64,000 nt of DNA from Chrysomallon squamiferum (GCA_012295275.1 CM022677.1:4154001-4218000); one strand, 5' to 3'. Numbered from the stretch's first letter, positions 14,213-29,061 are shown. Notes: a model not told the origin generated them from the letters alone. Made by a program: numbers and translations.

Positions 14213-17200
14213 CATGTAACAATGGTGTCTGATGAAAATCTGCAATGTTGTCTGCTTCTGCTTTGTTTGGATGTCAACAACACCGTCACTCGCTGTTTGC
14301 TAGGTAAATGTGAAATACTTTCAAATATGCTGCTATGATCGGACATTGTCAGTGAGTATATTATTTTTATTTTTATTTGTTTTTCAGATCATTTCTCAAC
14401 TTGGTCTGAAGATTAAGTGACTGGCATATCGAAAATAGATCTATGGTTTTTGATCGGAAATTAATTTAGCAAACCGAGCATTAAATTCTTTAATAATTCG
14501 ATCTAGATCACTACATTAGCATACAATTTAATAAACTCTTCCAATTTTTCTAACATTTTAGCTGACATTTCTATATTTAATATCTTTTTGTATTTGAATA
14601 ATCATTTATGATTGTGTACGACACAAAACAAATGTCTTTTGTGGTTAATAGAAAAACACACATGCACTTACATACAAACTTACATAGAAAGAAAGAAAAC
14701 TAGAAAAAAAGAAAGAAAGAATAAACAACAAAACAAAAGAAACAACAAAATATGAAGAAAAAAGGGAAAAAGATGAAACAAGAATCAGAAAAAGCAAGGA
14801 AAAGAAAAGAAACAGGAAGAAGAATAAGCCAAGATATAATAAAAACAAAACAAAAACAACACTCTCTCTCTCATAATTATGTAAAATTTATTAATATTAA
14901 ACTAATTTTAAAATTCATTCAGTCTTAGTTCTTTGTTTTTTATCAATACATAATTGTTTTTGTTTTTATTACTAATACTTTTTAAACTTTAAGTGTAATG
15001 AAATAATACATAAAATATAAGATAAAAGTAAAATAATAATAACAATAATAATAATAATTATTATTATTTGAATAGTATTAATTAATAATTAAATTAATAA
15101 ATAAAAATAGTAAAATAACAAATAATTTAAATATAGAATTCTTATTTGATGTGAAGAAACAATATTTACAATATATATAAAAAACACAAACATATTTGTT
15201 ATATAAGAACTTTTTTATTGAAACAACTTTGAAACACTTGAGAACTAAACAAAAACAATGTATGAAAATGTGTTCAAGGGACATAATTCTAAAACGAAAA
15301 TGTCTCCTATACATGTTCTACAAAACTGCAAAACCTACTCCTATATTTCTGTAATAAGTCTTTTCCTGAGCAATTTTCACACACTGAAAGAATTATCTCC
15401 CTTTATGTGTTTCTCTATAAAGAGATAAAATAAGTAATTGGTTTACAGCTATCTGCTGACTTCTAAACAAACTACAAATTCTGAAAAAAAGAAAGAAGAA
15501 AAAACAAAATCAAACCAGTGTGTTGGAACTGCTGCAGGTAGTAAGGTTTGCATTATGATCCAGTCCAGACTGACACCTCGGATGGGCAGGACAGGGTACA
15601 GTATGGCGGAAGCTTACTGACATCAGACACTGACTGATTCAAGTCAAATCAATGGTGGTTTAAGCTTTTTCACTTTTTCTTGACCTTGGATAATTTCTAT
15701 CACCTGAAATTAACATTAAAAGATTAAGGTTTATTAGCCACAGGTTTCTGGTGTTAAAATATGTTAACTCGAGACATTTTTCATTATGAATTTTCTTCTA
15801 TTTGTCAACAAAGCTATCGATCTGTAATGGCAACAGTGAAAACAATATACTTTATGTATCTATATTATGATAATTTACAAAGAATTAAAAATTTTTTAAA
15901 ATTTTCATTAAAGTATGTATGAATGGGTTGGAATGACTTAGGAACTACTTTAAATCAAGTTTTCATCAATATGCTTTTATGTGACTGGAGAAATGTTAAT
16001 TCATTTGATTCTGTTTTATGTTGCCTCTCACTAATTATATAACAATTTTATTTACCAACAAGAGGTGAACTGCAGACATGTGTTGGTGTTGCCTGCACAT
16101 TGGCTTTCCTTTCTGTATGAATAAAATTTTAAAATATAATAAAATAAACATATCAAATAGAAATTAATAACAAACATGTGTTACACAGGTAAATCAAAAA
16201 TGAAACAATATAAAACACATGCTCAGAAACATTATTTATGAATATATATAAGTCTTCAAGTTCAAACTCATGTAAATAATGCTTTAACATAAATATAATA
16301 ATTATGCCTTCTTGTAAAGTGGTAACAATCATTAAACACATATAGAAAAGTTATCTTAAAGATCTACTAACATGAATCTAAATGGTTTCAGTTGTACTTA
16401 TTATAGTCTAAATTTTCACTTCTACAAGTTAACCAACCTGATAATCCATGCATTCTGTATCAAAATCTTGGTGGACCAATTTCCAAATGTGCTGCAAATC
16501 ATATTGCCTGACTCTTTTCTCTTCTAATACATTTTCCTGCAAACAAAATTACATCTTCTACAATACTGATCACCTCTTACATAATAAACTTGCAACTGGC
16601 CAATATACAATGATGTGTTTAATGAAGTCAAAGTAGCAAAAGAAAAACAAGTCAAAATAAACCTGCCTGTAATCGTATCAACTGAAAAATATATAAATGT
16701 ACGGCATTCAGCAGGTTTTCAGTTATTTAGGAATTTTTTGTTAATCTAAACTGTTTATATTATTTCTGATCAGTTTGAAATTATGCCAAATAAATTATCA
16801 AACCAAAATTTGTGTGTTTTTATTTTTAAGATACTGATATATGATGGAAGAATGAATGCATCCATTAAGTTCAAGAAAAAATATATATTAGAATTGAACT
16901 AACTTCTAATTCAGAACATATTTCCTTCTCTCTCTCCAGTGTTTCTTGCAGATGGCAGATGTCACTAATTTTACCATATTTAGAAAAAGATGAGGTTTAA
17001 TAAAAACAATAACAGCATTTCTTAAACAAAATCTAAACAAATTATTTACATTCTGTTTCTAATATATATTATTCTAATGAAAAAGCTAGGAAAAGTATTT
17101 TATAAAAATATTTCTAAGGATTTGTTAGTTTAACCAACTGTAAATACCATTAACAAAGTTAAGTAATTTAGCTTAGACACAGAACTACTTAAATAATAAA

Positions 17201-18075
17201 ATAAAATAAAATAAATATTCACACATTGAGCGTTACAGAATATTTCACCAAGTTCTTTACTGGCTCTGAAAAACATAGAACAGAAAAATACTTTTTATTA
17301 ATATTTCATAAAACCATACTAAACTTGTATTTACATGTGTCACTGATTATGATGTAACAACAATTATGTATACAGTTCCTTATTTGGCTAGTGGCTGACA
17401 ATTCAAAACCAAAGCTTATTTAGATATATTTTTTCTGTAATCATTTCTCTTTTTTTCCAAAGTAAATCTGTTTTATCAAAATAAGTTTTTATTTGTGAGG
17501 CTTACTGCTGAAAAGTGAAAAATAAAAATACAAACTCATTTATTAATAGTTTTGGGACAGACACAAGTAGCAAGGAATATTTTATATGTACCTTTACATG
17601 GAGACAAAACACCTTACACCTGTAGGCCAGTTACACCAAGCCTGCACTCAAACCACTGATATGTTTTCTGTTCCTTTAATTCATATACAATTAATATTCA
17701 TGGATTCACATTTATTTTCTACATCTTTGAAATAATCTCAGCATTTCTGTGGAAGATTACTTTGAAAAATGAGACACACAGTTTGTTTGTTGAATGATAA
17801 AACTGTGGCATGACAGGCTAATACTGACAAATAAAAGATGCATCTTAGATCAAGAGAAAAAAAAATTAATCGTTCTGAAGAAGATACAACAACTCATGTA
17901 CTTTAAAGGTATATTATGATCACAGCTTAACCATTATAGAACTGTCGGGCAAATGTAAATGAGTCAGTCAAAAGGTATTGGAATATTACATTTGAATTTT
18001 GGTGCCAGCCAAAACAAATGCTAAAGACAATGACATTAATGCTATAAGGCAAGTTATAAACATAAAGATACTAAC

Positions 18076-18792
18076 CTTGTTAAATTTTCAATACTGCAAC
18101 AGTCTGCTTTCAGTTTGCAAATCTTTTATTTCTTTTCTTTTTTCTGAGAGTCCTTGAAAACTTTCCACAAGCTGACCTTTCAGTTGCTCAATCTGAAAAT
18201 TAAAATCATTATTGCAAAGTTATTTTATTGAAGAAAACAAAGTATCAAATATATATCATAAACATGTTATTTACTGCTCCACACTTTTTCTGCTGAACCA
18301 GTCCTACTTTTTATTATTATTATTCTTTTTATTTATTTAATTTTGTCTTTATCTTTTAAATGCTGAAAGTAATTTATTCTATGATCCAGTTCTCAGTCAC
18401 CTTTCATTCTAATTTTACATATTTAATTATCTTCAGAATGTTTAACAATTAAACAATAAATACTGATTTATGTCCCACATTTCTGTGGTATTAAAGGACC
18501 TGTGAGTGTACAAAGATACCAGATGCTCAAATCATTCATAAGATGAAATATTTTTTAAACTGCATATGTTCTTAACTTGAACCCCACCTGTAGATATCAA
18601 TAAAAACTGCTACAGCTGATGTTAATCATGCCTGCTACAGAATTCTGGCATATATTATGTAATAAGAATACAATCTGATTTCTTCTATTTAAATCCTAGT
18701 ATGTTTTAATAAAGTATGGTAATTTCCAAGTAATAATAATTATTTTATTTATTCAGAAAGGAAATAATATTTTCATTTATTTAGTTGTTATT

Positions 18793-18827
<35 letters not shown>

Positions 18828-19399
18828 TACATTTTTAGATAAACAGAAAACATTTCAAACATAGAAATGAAATGGAAGAAAAACCAATTATTACAAGGGC
18901 ACTGCATCCTCAGTCTTTAAAATTTATTTAAGTTTGAAAATAAAAACACACACACACACACACACACAACACACACACACACAATCACACACATACAAAA
19001 AATAATAGTAAAAAAAACCCAAATCTCTAGCACTGGAAGTTAAATCAAAAAGTATTTAGGATATATTTTAAAGAAAACATTCAATACCTCTTGAAGCAAT
19101 TGCTGAGTTTGGAATCTCTCTGGTGACAACGATTCTTCCAGTTACAGAATTTAGTTTTCATCAGTCATATCTTTGTCATCAGCACTAATTTTTATTTCTT
19201 CTGCAAGGTCACAGATTCTTCTGAGATTTCCATTTTCAACTATATTAAAAATTAAGTGTTAAATTACCACATAATAATCTTAATAGGAATAAAATACTTT
19301 AAGTGTTAATATAAATCATATATAGTTATTGTTTTTATTATGAAAATATATATGTTCTTACCTTCCAACCTGTTCAGTATGGTAACTATCTGCTTGTAA
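18076..19399 (-). pseudogene. Coiled-coil exons of the KASH5/LRMP-like gene with nonsense codons
   Basis: SYKQIVTILNRLE | VENGNLRRICDLAEEIKISADDKDMTDEN*IL*LEESLSPERFQTQQLLQE | IEQLKGQLVESFQGLSEKRKEIKDLQTESRLLQY*KFNK; exon phases chain correctly. Confidence 0.65.
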
Positions 19400-22003
19400 C
19401 TGTAAAATAAAATAATATTAGATTAGCATTTCTGTCTTCTAGTACAGGAGCTTTTAATAATAATTTAAACAGTTTTGTCCACATCTCACTTCAAAAAATT
19501 TAAAGAAACAAATGTTAAATTAACTGCTAAAGAAAAAAAGATTACAGTAATTAAAAAAACAAAAACAAAAAGCAACACATACATTATTGCCTAGAATTAA
19601 TCATGGTTCAAATTTATTTCAAGATATTGATTAGGTTGTAAAACTATATGAATGAAAATCTATCAAAGAGAGAGATAAATAGGGACAAAAATATAATTTT
19701 AATTATTTAGTATATCTCACCTGTATTTAGACTGCAAATTTAAGTTTTCTTCTGTTACATTTTCTCCATTTGCAGATGACAATGATCCACACATTTGCAT
19801 GTCACTGCAATACTGACATTTGTAAGAAGCATCACAAGAAGTCCTTTCAATAATATTTAAAAAACTAAAAAAAACTAATAAAATTTAATCACGAAACATG
19901 ATGACTTTGAACAATAGATGAATAAATATAATAATATTAATCGTCCATTACAAGCAAGATATTTTGAAATACTGATTCAAAAATAGCATTTACTAAAAAC
20001 TAAAGTACAATAAAAGAATGATAATTAATATGTAACAGACCAATGAAACAGTAACATTCTCTTTGTCAGCTTCTGTATCACGATAAGTCTAAATCAGTTA
20101 TGAAGATGTTTCTGCAGGAGCAACTATTATTCAGTGGCTTTCTTGTACCAACCTTGTCTTTTTCACACAAAGGTAATGCCAAATGTTTCATAACAAATAT
20201 AGATTACTTTAACATTAACATACTATTAAGCTGATTACTGACTTGTTACTATTTTATAATTATTACCATGAGTTCATAATAAATGGAGGTATTATGGACA
20301 GAACCAGCTCTCACTCTGGAAATGTATGCTACTGGATCTTCCTCATCAGAACCATACTGTCAAAACACAGAAGAAGATGATACACAAGCCTTTCACAGGT
20401 TTGTCAGGACTGCAAAAAAATTAGTTTTAGAAATTGATCAAAGAGGGAACAAAATCAACATTAAATAATGATACATGTTCAGTCATCACTGCAAACTACA
20501 AAATTCTTTTTTCTTGACAGTAATGCCTAATTTGGCAGTAAATATTTTTTATTATGTGAATTGATTCTGTGTGTATTATTGTAACTCTGTTAGTTCCCCA
20601 AGGCTGTTAAAGCAAACATATTAAAGTATGAATTATACTATAATTTAATGAACAAAATGTAAATATACAACACCAAAAGCAAATGACCTATCTTCTTTAT
20701 CTGGCACTCAATCCAAACCCCAGTTCAGCAACAATTTTATTTCATGGAAATCATATTAAAACTAATTTCACAAAAAAAAGTAATTACAGAAAATGAAAAT
20801 TAGCTTTGACAAAAAGGACAAAAACATGTAAGAATAAAATAATGCATAAAAAAATAATAATAATAATGTTGGAAATTAAATTAACAAAATATTTCAGAAG
20901 CTGAAAACTGAATTGTGAATAAATTAAGTTAGATATAATCTAAGTTAACATCTCCAGATATTTTTAAATGTCAGTTGAAAAAATAAACTCTATTCACCAT
21001 TTACACAAATGAAATAAACATACTTCACTAAAATGTTCTTTTCTGGAAGCTTCATAATAATTTCAGTCTTTGAGCTTTCCATCTCATTTGCAAAATCACC
21101 TTCTTGACTGAAAGAAACAAAACATAGATTTCAGATGAAAAATATAAATGTCAGCATATACAGGTATTGTATTACATTGGAAATATAAAAATAACAAATA
21201 TGAAATAAATAATTATTAAGTTCAGTGGTCAGTTTCTTTATTTTCAGTAATTTATCAAGCCATTTCATAACTTCAAATAAAATAATTTTGTTCAAGGTAA
21301 ACATCAAATAGCAAGAACAGAAAAAAAATATTACTGCAATTCCAAATAATGCACTTGTTTGTAATATTTACTAATTTAAAACCTAACTAAGTCATAAGAA
21401 AAATAAAATTAAAATAAAATTAAAATAAAACTAAATAATTACAGAACAAAAACCAACAGTGGTAAAAGAAACAAGCAATAATAAAAGTTACAAAATATAA
21501 TTATAATTCTAATATGTGTGTAATATATATACTTTCCCTGTAAACCTGATATCTCAGTTTTGTGTGATTCCCTGTTACCTAGTGGAGAGAAAAAAACAAA
21601 AATCAATAAAATTAAAAAAGACAAAAATCAATAAATAAAATGAATATGACATTACATATGTGTCTCATTTAGTTTAAAAAAAAGAAGATAAAAACTGAAG
21701 TAAGTGCTCAGAGTGGGGATCTGAAACTAACTGAATGTCATGATCCATATTCTCTGACAGGAACTGGGCATCATTTCCACTGAAAATTAATAAAAAGAAT
21801 CAGAAAGTAAGAGAAAACAATTTCAACAAAAACATTGATAACAGACAAACATTTTACATTATTCAAATAGTTGTAAATTCTGTAAATGAAATAGTGAAAT
21901 AAATTCCAAATATCTGTTTATTGTTTATTGTTAAGATACATTATTCTGTAATATAACAATAAGTGTGTATATGTGTGTCTTTTGGGGGGATTTAAGCAAT
22001 TAC

Positions 22004-22128
22004 CTTGTGACATCGTTAAGGTCTAGAATCCATGTTTTGATGATCTTCTTGTAAAAGTTCTTTTCAACAAAAGGATCAACACCTTTTGGATCCACCATGT
22101 TCATCAGTCTGATAAGATGTTCTTCAGG
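22004..22128 (-). pseudogene. EF-hand-like exon of the KASH5/LRMP-like gene
   Basis: PEEHLIRLMNMVDPKGVDPFVEKNFYKKIIKTWILDLNDVT fits the KASH5 pattern L..L...(L/V)DP.G....V....F.....WI; canonical AG/GT. Confidence 0.7.
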
Positions 22129-23012
22129 CTAAAAGTTAAGTAGCAACAAAAATTATGTATTAGGAAATGAAATGTGTAAAAGAATTAATGTAACTGAAGG
22201 ATGTTTGTTTAGATGAATATATAATATAAATATATTACATAAAAAAGTGACTGCACCCAGAAATGTGAGTAAAATATGTGTAATATGTATAAAAGAGACA
22301 AGTGTATGTTTAATCAGTCTGGTAGTTTTAATTAACACACTGTACTACTTTGCATTTGAAACTAAATTATACCTTAAAATTAACATATCTAAATTTAAAG
22401 GCTGAAAGTCTTACCTGCTGTCTTACTCTGGTATTTATTATTTGCTATCACAGCTTTAAAACTGTAGCATCTTATGCCAGAAGATGAATCTGTTTCTTCT
22501 TTGTCACCACAGTTCAAGGTTATGGTGCTGCTCCCTTGTCTCCTATCTTGAACAGTACTTTGATGATAGCTTGTGTAAAACTCAATTTTATTGGTTATTT
22601 TAAGTATGTTTTTCCTAGGAATAATTTGGTCTTTAAAATTCCTCTTATTTTTATTTATAGAATTTTAAGTAGTTTTGCACTAAATGTTGTGGTATTTTTA
22701 TATTTTATGTTACTAACAGAATGTAATCCTTAAAATTGATATTCTTTTTCTGCATCTGTCCCTTTTTTTGTTTTCCTAAGTAATTTCTAGGCACACTCTT
22801 GAATAACATAGAACTTATGTTTTCACAGAATCAATAAAATTATCAACCTTGAAGTTCGAGGAGGACACTGGTCACTGTGATGGTCACTGTGATAATAGCA
22901 GCATTTCCCACATAATAAACATCACAATGCCAAATACTCCCACAGTAGCTAAGTGTTCTTTCTATTTCTTAATTGCTTTTTTTTTTTCTGTTACTTTTTC
23001 TCTCTTTCTTTT

Positions 23013-23045
<33 letters not shown>

Positions 23046-24862
23046 TTATCTCTATTATTGTTTTGCTAATTTTTATTTTTATTTCCTGATTTATTTACCA
23101 CTATATAATGCCAGTTTTGGGAATTAGATAAATTTCCAGTTAATAAAGATTTTTCACAATTTTCGTAAGCAGTTGTGAAAGTTTATATTGTCTGAAAAGT
23201 TTATAATGTAAAATAGAAATTAAAAAATTAAGTTAAGAAGCTTTTGTCATCATACAATATTACACTTTTTTAACATGACTTCAAATATGCAAAAAATACT
23301 TTTCTTGTCTCTTTTTTCTTTCTTTCTTTAATGTTTGTCTTCATTTTAAAATATAAACAACAACTTTATAGGTCTTAATAGTGTTTCTATAATTATTTAA
23401 TGGTTATTCCAGGAGTAGCATTAATCTAAATTATATAATGTTCATTTTAATTAAATTAATTATTTATGAAATAGTTTTATAATGATGTCAGATAAGTAAA
23501 CCATATTTAAAATGACTTAATGGATTGGATTTAAAAATAATTTATAAAGGTCTTAAGGGGTCACTAGATTTTTTTTTTTCTCTTTCCAGAGTATACTTTT
23601 TAGAAACTACCACCATTGCGCTTTCATTCATAGTTTGAAAATTTGTTCTGTGATGATTATATTTTCAGATATTCCTGATCTAGTGGGGTAAGTGTGAGCC
23701 AAAATCAGTGCCAAAATAAAATAAAAACACACACACATGCTCGCTTTCAAACAATAAGCACTCCCTGCTTACAAGGCAGTAAGTTCTCTCCCTTGAAACA
23801 GACTGATCAGTGATTGATGTTGTCATTTTTAGCCGGAACATTTCATTGCAAATTGTTTGTTGTTTTTGTCATGGTGATGTGCAGCTGCTTGAACTAAAAT
23901 GAAAAAATTTAGAGAGTGAATTTGTATTTCATTGTACCACAGTAGTGTAACAGGCAGAGTTCCTTCCCTTCTTGTGACCAAATTGCTGTAGGAAAACTGT
24001 CGGTGAACTCCATAAATCGTCCATAATTTGCAGTGGTCAGATGGGGCAAATATTTTAGAGCAGGCTGTACATCCTGTACAGACATCAAGTACAATAACTC
24101 ACTCAGTGTCTTCTGGCAGTATGGAAGCCAAAACTGCAAGTGAAATCTTTTGCTGTTCTATAACACATATAACATTCACTTACATTTATTTGTCTTAGTT
24201 CAGGTTTTAGCTAGGTAATGAAGTTAAACTTCAAGCATATATGTTTTCTGTTTTCTACAGTAACACATTTAGTTATTGGTGTAGAAGCTTACTGTAGTAT
24301 GTTAATGTTGATCTTGGTGACTCTACAGGTTTAAGGTTAGTTCCACTGCTCTGTGGTAGTTATTGCATTGATGGGAAACATTGTCTTTTCTATGAGCTTT
24401 TAGGAAAAAGGACTAAAAAATGTTTTTATTGCCACTCATTGGAGCAAAAACAAATGTATTACATATAATTTTATCAACCTTTTTTGTTAAATTGAATTTC
24501 ATTTCTCTATTTCTAAATGCCAGATTATAATACATATATAGCCATAATTTTTTATCCCAATTATTATTTTTTTAAACCATCAAAAGAATATGTTGTATTT
24601 AAATATCCAATACAGTAATGTTTTTTTGCTTTATTTTTATATACACACACCTACAGACACATATTTTTTGTAATGCTAGCTAGGGAGAAAGTGTTTATTG
24701 AAAACAGCATCAGTTTATGCATTTTTGACACACTTCAGTTTGTGTTAATGATTTTTGTTTTTTTAATTATTTCTTTTAAAATTATTTTAAATACATTTCT
24801 TTGTAATTCTTAGTAATTTAAAATTACCTGCTAACTTATTAGATTTGTTATTTGTCTTTCAG

Positions 24863-25697
24863 AACGAATGACAATAAGCCTGCTGAAACTGCAGAAAATG
24901 GTGAAAAGGTAAGTAAAGTTTTAATTATGTTTTGTATGGATGTAATGATACAGGAGAAAAATGTATTGTTTTTGTTTCTTGGATGGATAAACACCAACAA
25001 GAGACCTGTTTTTAGACTTAAGTTTCATTTGTGTAACAAACTGTAGCTGATAATTAGATAAATGTTTCTTTTCTTCTTTTTTCCTTAAATCTTTTCTTAA
25101 TGGATTGTGTTGGCAGTTTCTTGGCTAAAATGTTGCTGTTTTTTTTTTTTTTTATTAGATAACTCCAGAAGTAACATTGCTGCTGTTGTGGATTTGTTGT
25201 TTTTAGTTATTTGTTTTTGTTATTATTAATATGCATTTTAACTGTTGTCAGTTTATTTCTTTTTATATCAAATTGTTCTTAGATATTTAAAACTAAATCA
25301 CTGAGAGCATTCAGAAGATTTGTTAACTTTTTAGATCTATAACAAACACACCTTCACCTTAATAGAGAAAATGTTTAAAAAACCAACAAACATCTTAGTT
25401 AATAATCTTAGTTAAGGTTATCTTCAGCTTTTATCTGTGTATAATCATTTTAAATATGAAATGTTGATCACATCATTTTATAAAGGAATGTAATTTCATG
25501 TTTTGTTTTATTTTCTTTCTTTCCTAAAGGATCATGCAACAACTGCATCATTTGAAAAGCTCAGGAGATGTCAAGGAGATACACAGAAGGTGAACCATCT
25601 TTACATATTTTTATCTGTCAGTTCTTAGTAATGAGCATCTAAGCAGAAATTATTATCATAATAATGGTGGTGATTATGCTAATGTTAATTTAATAAT

Positions 25698-25734
<37 letters not shown>

Positions 25735-25923
25735 GTAATAGTAAGAGTAATAACAATATTACTATTATAATTAATTTGCTCCAGTTTTTGTGTTAAGACA
25801 AAACTATTTTTATGTCATATAGTTTTTTAACACAATGATGATTCTAACAATTAAGGAAATATCAAGGAAACATTTATAATTTATGGAAGATTTTATTAAC
25901 AAAGTAAAAGTTTATTATTCAAG
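24863..25923 (+). pseudogene. Three orphan exons of an unrecognised gene
   Basis: 24863-24908 (TNDNKPAETAENGEK, donor GTAAGT), 25530-25589 (DHATTASFEKLRRCQGDTQK) and about 25785-25923 (stops, donor GTAAGG). Not recognisably ABCC4. Confidence 0.4.
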
Positions 25924-26083
25924 GTAAGGTATACTATTATATAAAAATGTAAATCTATTAATAAAGGTTTATATGTGAAGAATATATTATTTTTAATGAT
26001 TTGTTTTGTTTTTTTTTTTTGTTTTGTTTTGTTTATTTTTATTTATTTATTTATTTACTTATTATTATTATTATTTTGTTTTA

Positions 26084-26132
<49 letters not shown>

Positions 26133-27268
26133 TACTTACTAACTTTATTTTATTTTATTTTATTTTATTTTCAATGTTTGATTCCAGGTCGTATTTTAAG
26201 CAGACTTTCAAAAGACATTGGACACATGGATGACTTGCTACCAGTGACATTTTTTGATTTTATACAAGTAATTAACACTTTTAATCAATTTTATGCAGAT
26301 ATTTTTATTCTTTGATTTTTATATCTGTTATTGATAATCACTTTCTTTGATGTTATTGTGTAAATAAATACCAAACATATATTGTGTAGAGTAAAATGTT
26401 CCTGGATAGTTTCAGCTAAAATAATTAATTGTTGTCTTATCTGAATTAATTTCAGGTGCTAAAAACATACATGTACATTTATCATTGATATAACTGGTTA
26501 TAAAATCCACTCTTCAGAATATATTCTTCTTCTTCTTCTTCTTTTTATAAAAAAAAATTAAACAACTCATCTACCAACTACAGAATCAAATTTAAAAAAA
26601 AAATAGAAAAAAACTGATTTAATGAAATTATATGTTAGATTTTATCCAGGTAATTAATTATAATTATAAATATATATTTGAAATTTAATTTAATGCTATA
26701 AATTTTATATTTTATTAATTGTAAATTATTGTAGGTAAATATAATTCAATAATAACATGTAAAATGTAATTTTTTTTTTTTTTATCGTTAATTTAATGTA
26801 ATAAAGATTGCATATTTGTTTTATTGTTTTAATTTTCAACAAATCTTTCTCTCTTTTTTTCAGTGTGCTCTACTTATTCTGGGAATCGTCCTAGTTGCCA
26901 GTGCTTTTAACCCCTGGGTGTTTATCCCCACCCTCCCCATATGTGTAGTTTTTATCATGGTCAGAGAGTACTATCTGAGAACCTCTCGCAGTATCAAACG
27001 TCTAGAATCAACCTGTAAGTTTTCTTTTTTAATTTAATATTTTTAAGTCATCTTTTTAGGGTTGGTTTATTTTTTAATAAATAAAATTTAAAAAAAATTA
27101 AAATTTTACTTGTATTTTTCTGGTTTTCTCCAAATTTGTAAATGTTTTTGTCAACATATTTTTGGCATTATTGTTATTTTAAAATAATATTAGAATTTTT
27201 ATATATATATATATACTAAATGATTTTTAATTTTTTATTTCCTAAATTAATATTAGTATTATTATTTA

Positions 27269-27326
<58 letters not shown>

Positions 27327-27922
27327 TTATTGTTTTTATTTTTTTGGGGGGGAGGATAATTATTACTCTTTTTTTATTTTCTCTATCATATTTTTTTATT
27401 TTCTAAATTTATATGATTTTTCATTTTTATTTTTTTTCTTGATTATTATGCCATTATCATTTATTCTTATTTTCTTTAAATATATATGTATATTTACACA
27501 CACGCACGTTTATATACATATTTATCTTCATTATTTGTTTATAAATTATCATCATTTTTGAATTTTCTAAACTATTATTATTCTTAAATTAATACACACA
27601 CACACACACACACACACACAAATACATATACACATATTTATTTTCATTATTATTTTATAAATCATAATTTTTTCATTTTTTAAATTATTATTATCATTAA
27701 ATTAATATCTATCTATCTGTCCATATACACATATACATACATATATATATATATATTTATTTTTTATAAATAAAGGTCGGAGTCCAGTGTTTTCTCACCT
27801 CAGTGCCTCACTGCAAGGACTTCACACGATTCGCTCTTTCAACATGCAGACTAAGTTGATGGAGGAGTTTGACTTGCACCAGGACCTGCACACCGAGGCC
27901 TGGTTTCTCTTTCTCAGCACCA

Positions 27923-28833
27923 GCACGTGGCTGGCAGTTCGCCTGGATTGGCTCTGTGCGACGTGTTTAACTGCCGTGTCAATCTGCAGTGTTTGCACGT
28001 GGCTGGCAGTTTGCCTGGCTCTGTGCAACGTGTGTCACTGCCGTGTCAATCTGCAGTGTTTGCACGTGGCTGGCAGTTTGCCTGGCTCTGTGCGACGTGT
28101 GTCACTGCCGTGTCAATCTGCAGTGTTTGCACGTGGCTGTCAGTTTGCCTGGATTGGCTCTGTGCGACGTGTGTCACTGCCATGTCAATCTGCAGTGTTT
28201 GCACGTGGCTGGCAGTTCGCCTGGATTGGCTCTGTGCGACGTGTGTCACTGCCGTGTCAATCTGCAGTGTTTGCACGTGGCTGTCAGTTTGCCTGGATTG
28301 GCTCTGTGCGACGTGTTTAACTGCTGTGTCAATCTGCAGTGTTTGCATGTGGCTGGCAGTTTGCCTGGCTCTGTGCGACGTGTGTCACTGCCGTGTCAAT
28401 CTGCAGTGTTTGCACGTGGCTGGCAGTTTGCCTGGATTGGCTCTGTGCGACGTGTGTCACTGCCGTGTCAATCTGCAGTGTTTGCACGTGGCTGTCAGTT
28501 TGCCTGGATTGGCTCTGTGCGACGTGTGTCACTGCCGTGTCAATCTGCAGTGTTTGCACATGGCTGGCAGTTTGCCTGGCTCTGTGTGACGTGTGTCACT
28601 GCCGTGTCAATCTGCAGTGTTTGCACGTGGCTGTCAGTTTGCCTGGCTCTGTTCGACGTGTGTCACTGCCGTGTCAATCTGCAGTGTTTGCACGTAGCTG
28701 GCAGTTCACCTGGATTGACTCTGTGCGACGTGTGTCACTGCCGTGTCAATCTGCAGTGTTTGCACGTGGCTGTCAGTTTGCCTGGATTGACTCTGTGCGA
28801 CGTTTCTCACTGCCGTGTCAATCTGCAATGTTT
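27923..28833 (+). repeat. Intra-exonic tandem array of 13 units (72-bp and 67-bp variants)
   Basis: Units start at 27923, 27995, 28062, 28129, 28201, 28273, 28345, 28412, 28484, 28556, 28623, 28690 and 28762. The 72-bp unit encodes [24 protein letters not shown]. Confidence 0.95.
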
Positions 28834-29020
28834 TTGCTGCCGATAGTAAGTTTCAGTGAAGGAATACTTCCGTTTTTTAATTTTTTTTTATTTTAATTTC
28901 AAAAATATTTTACATATTATTTTATTATGTTTTATATGTTTTAGATGGTTTTTTTTTTTAATAATTAATATTTTTTTTATAAAAAGATTTTTTGAAATAA
29001 TATTTTTTGTGTGTGTTTGT

Positions 29021-29061
<41 letters not shown>

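Larger units (their letters stand above)
15270..22700 (-). pseudogene. Unprocessed pseudogene, KASH5 (CCDC155)/LRMP-like EF-hand plus coiled-coil nuclear envelope protein
   Basis: About 15 exon-like blocks, many phase-compatible: 22128-22004, 21107-21024, 19843-19721, 19399-19362, 19239-19088, 18192-18076, 16536-16438 and others. In-frame stops, frameshifts and a lost acceptor AG near 16980 are present. Confidence 0.65.

Noticed and set aside
23909-24150. GC-richer block; + strand KYFRAG resembles ABCC4 KNYFRAG
   Set aside because: No transmembrane segment follows and both strands give plausible frames. It is probably an exon relic but cannot be assigned.
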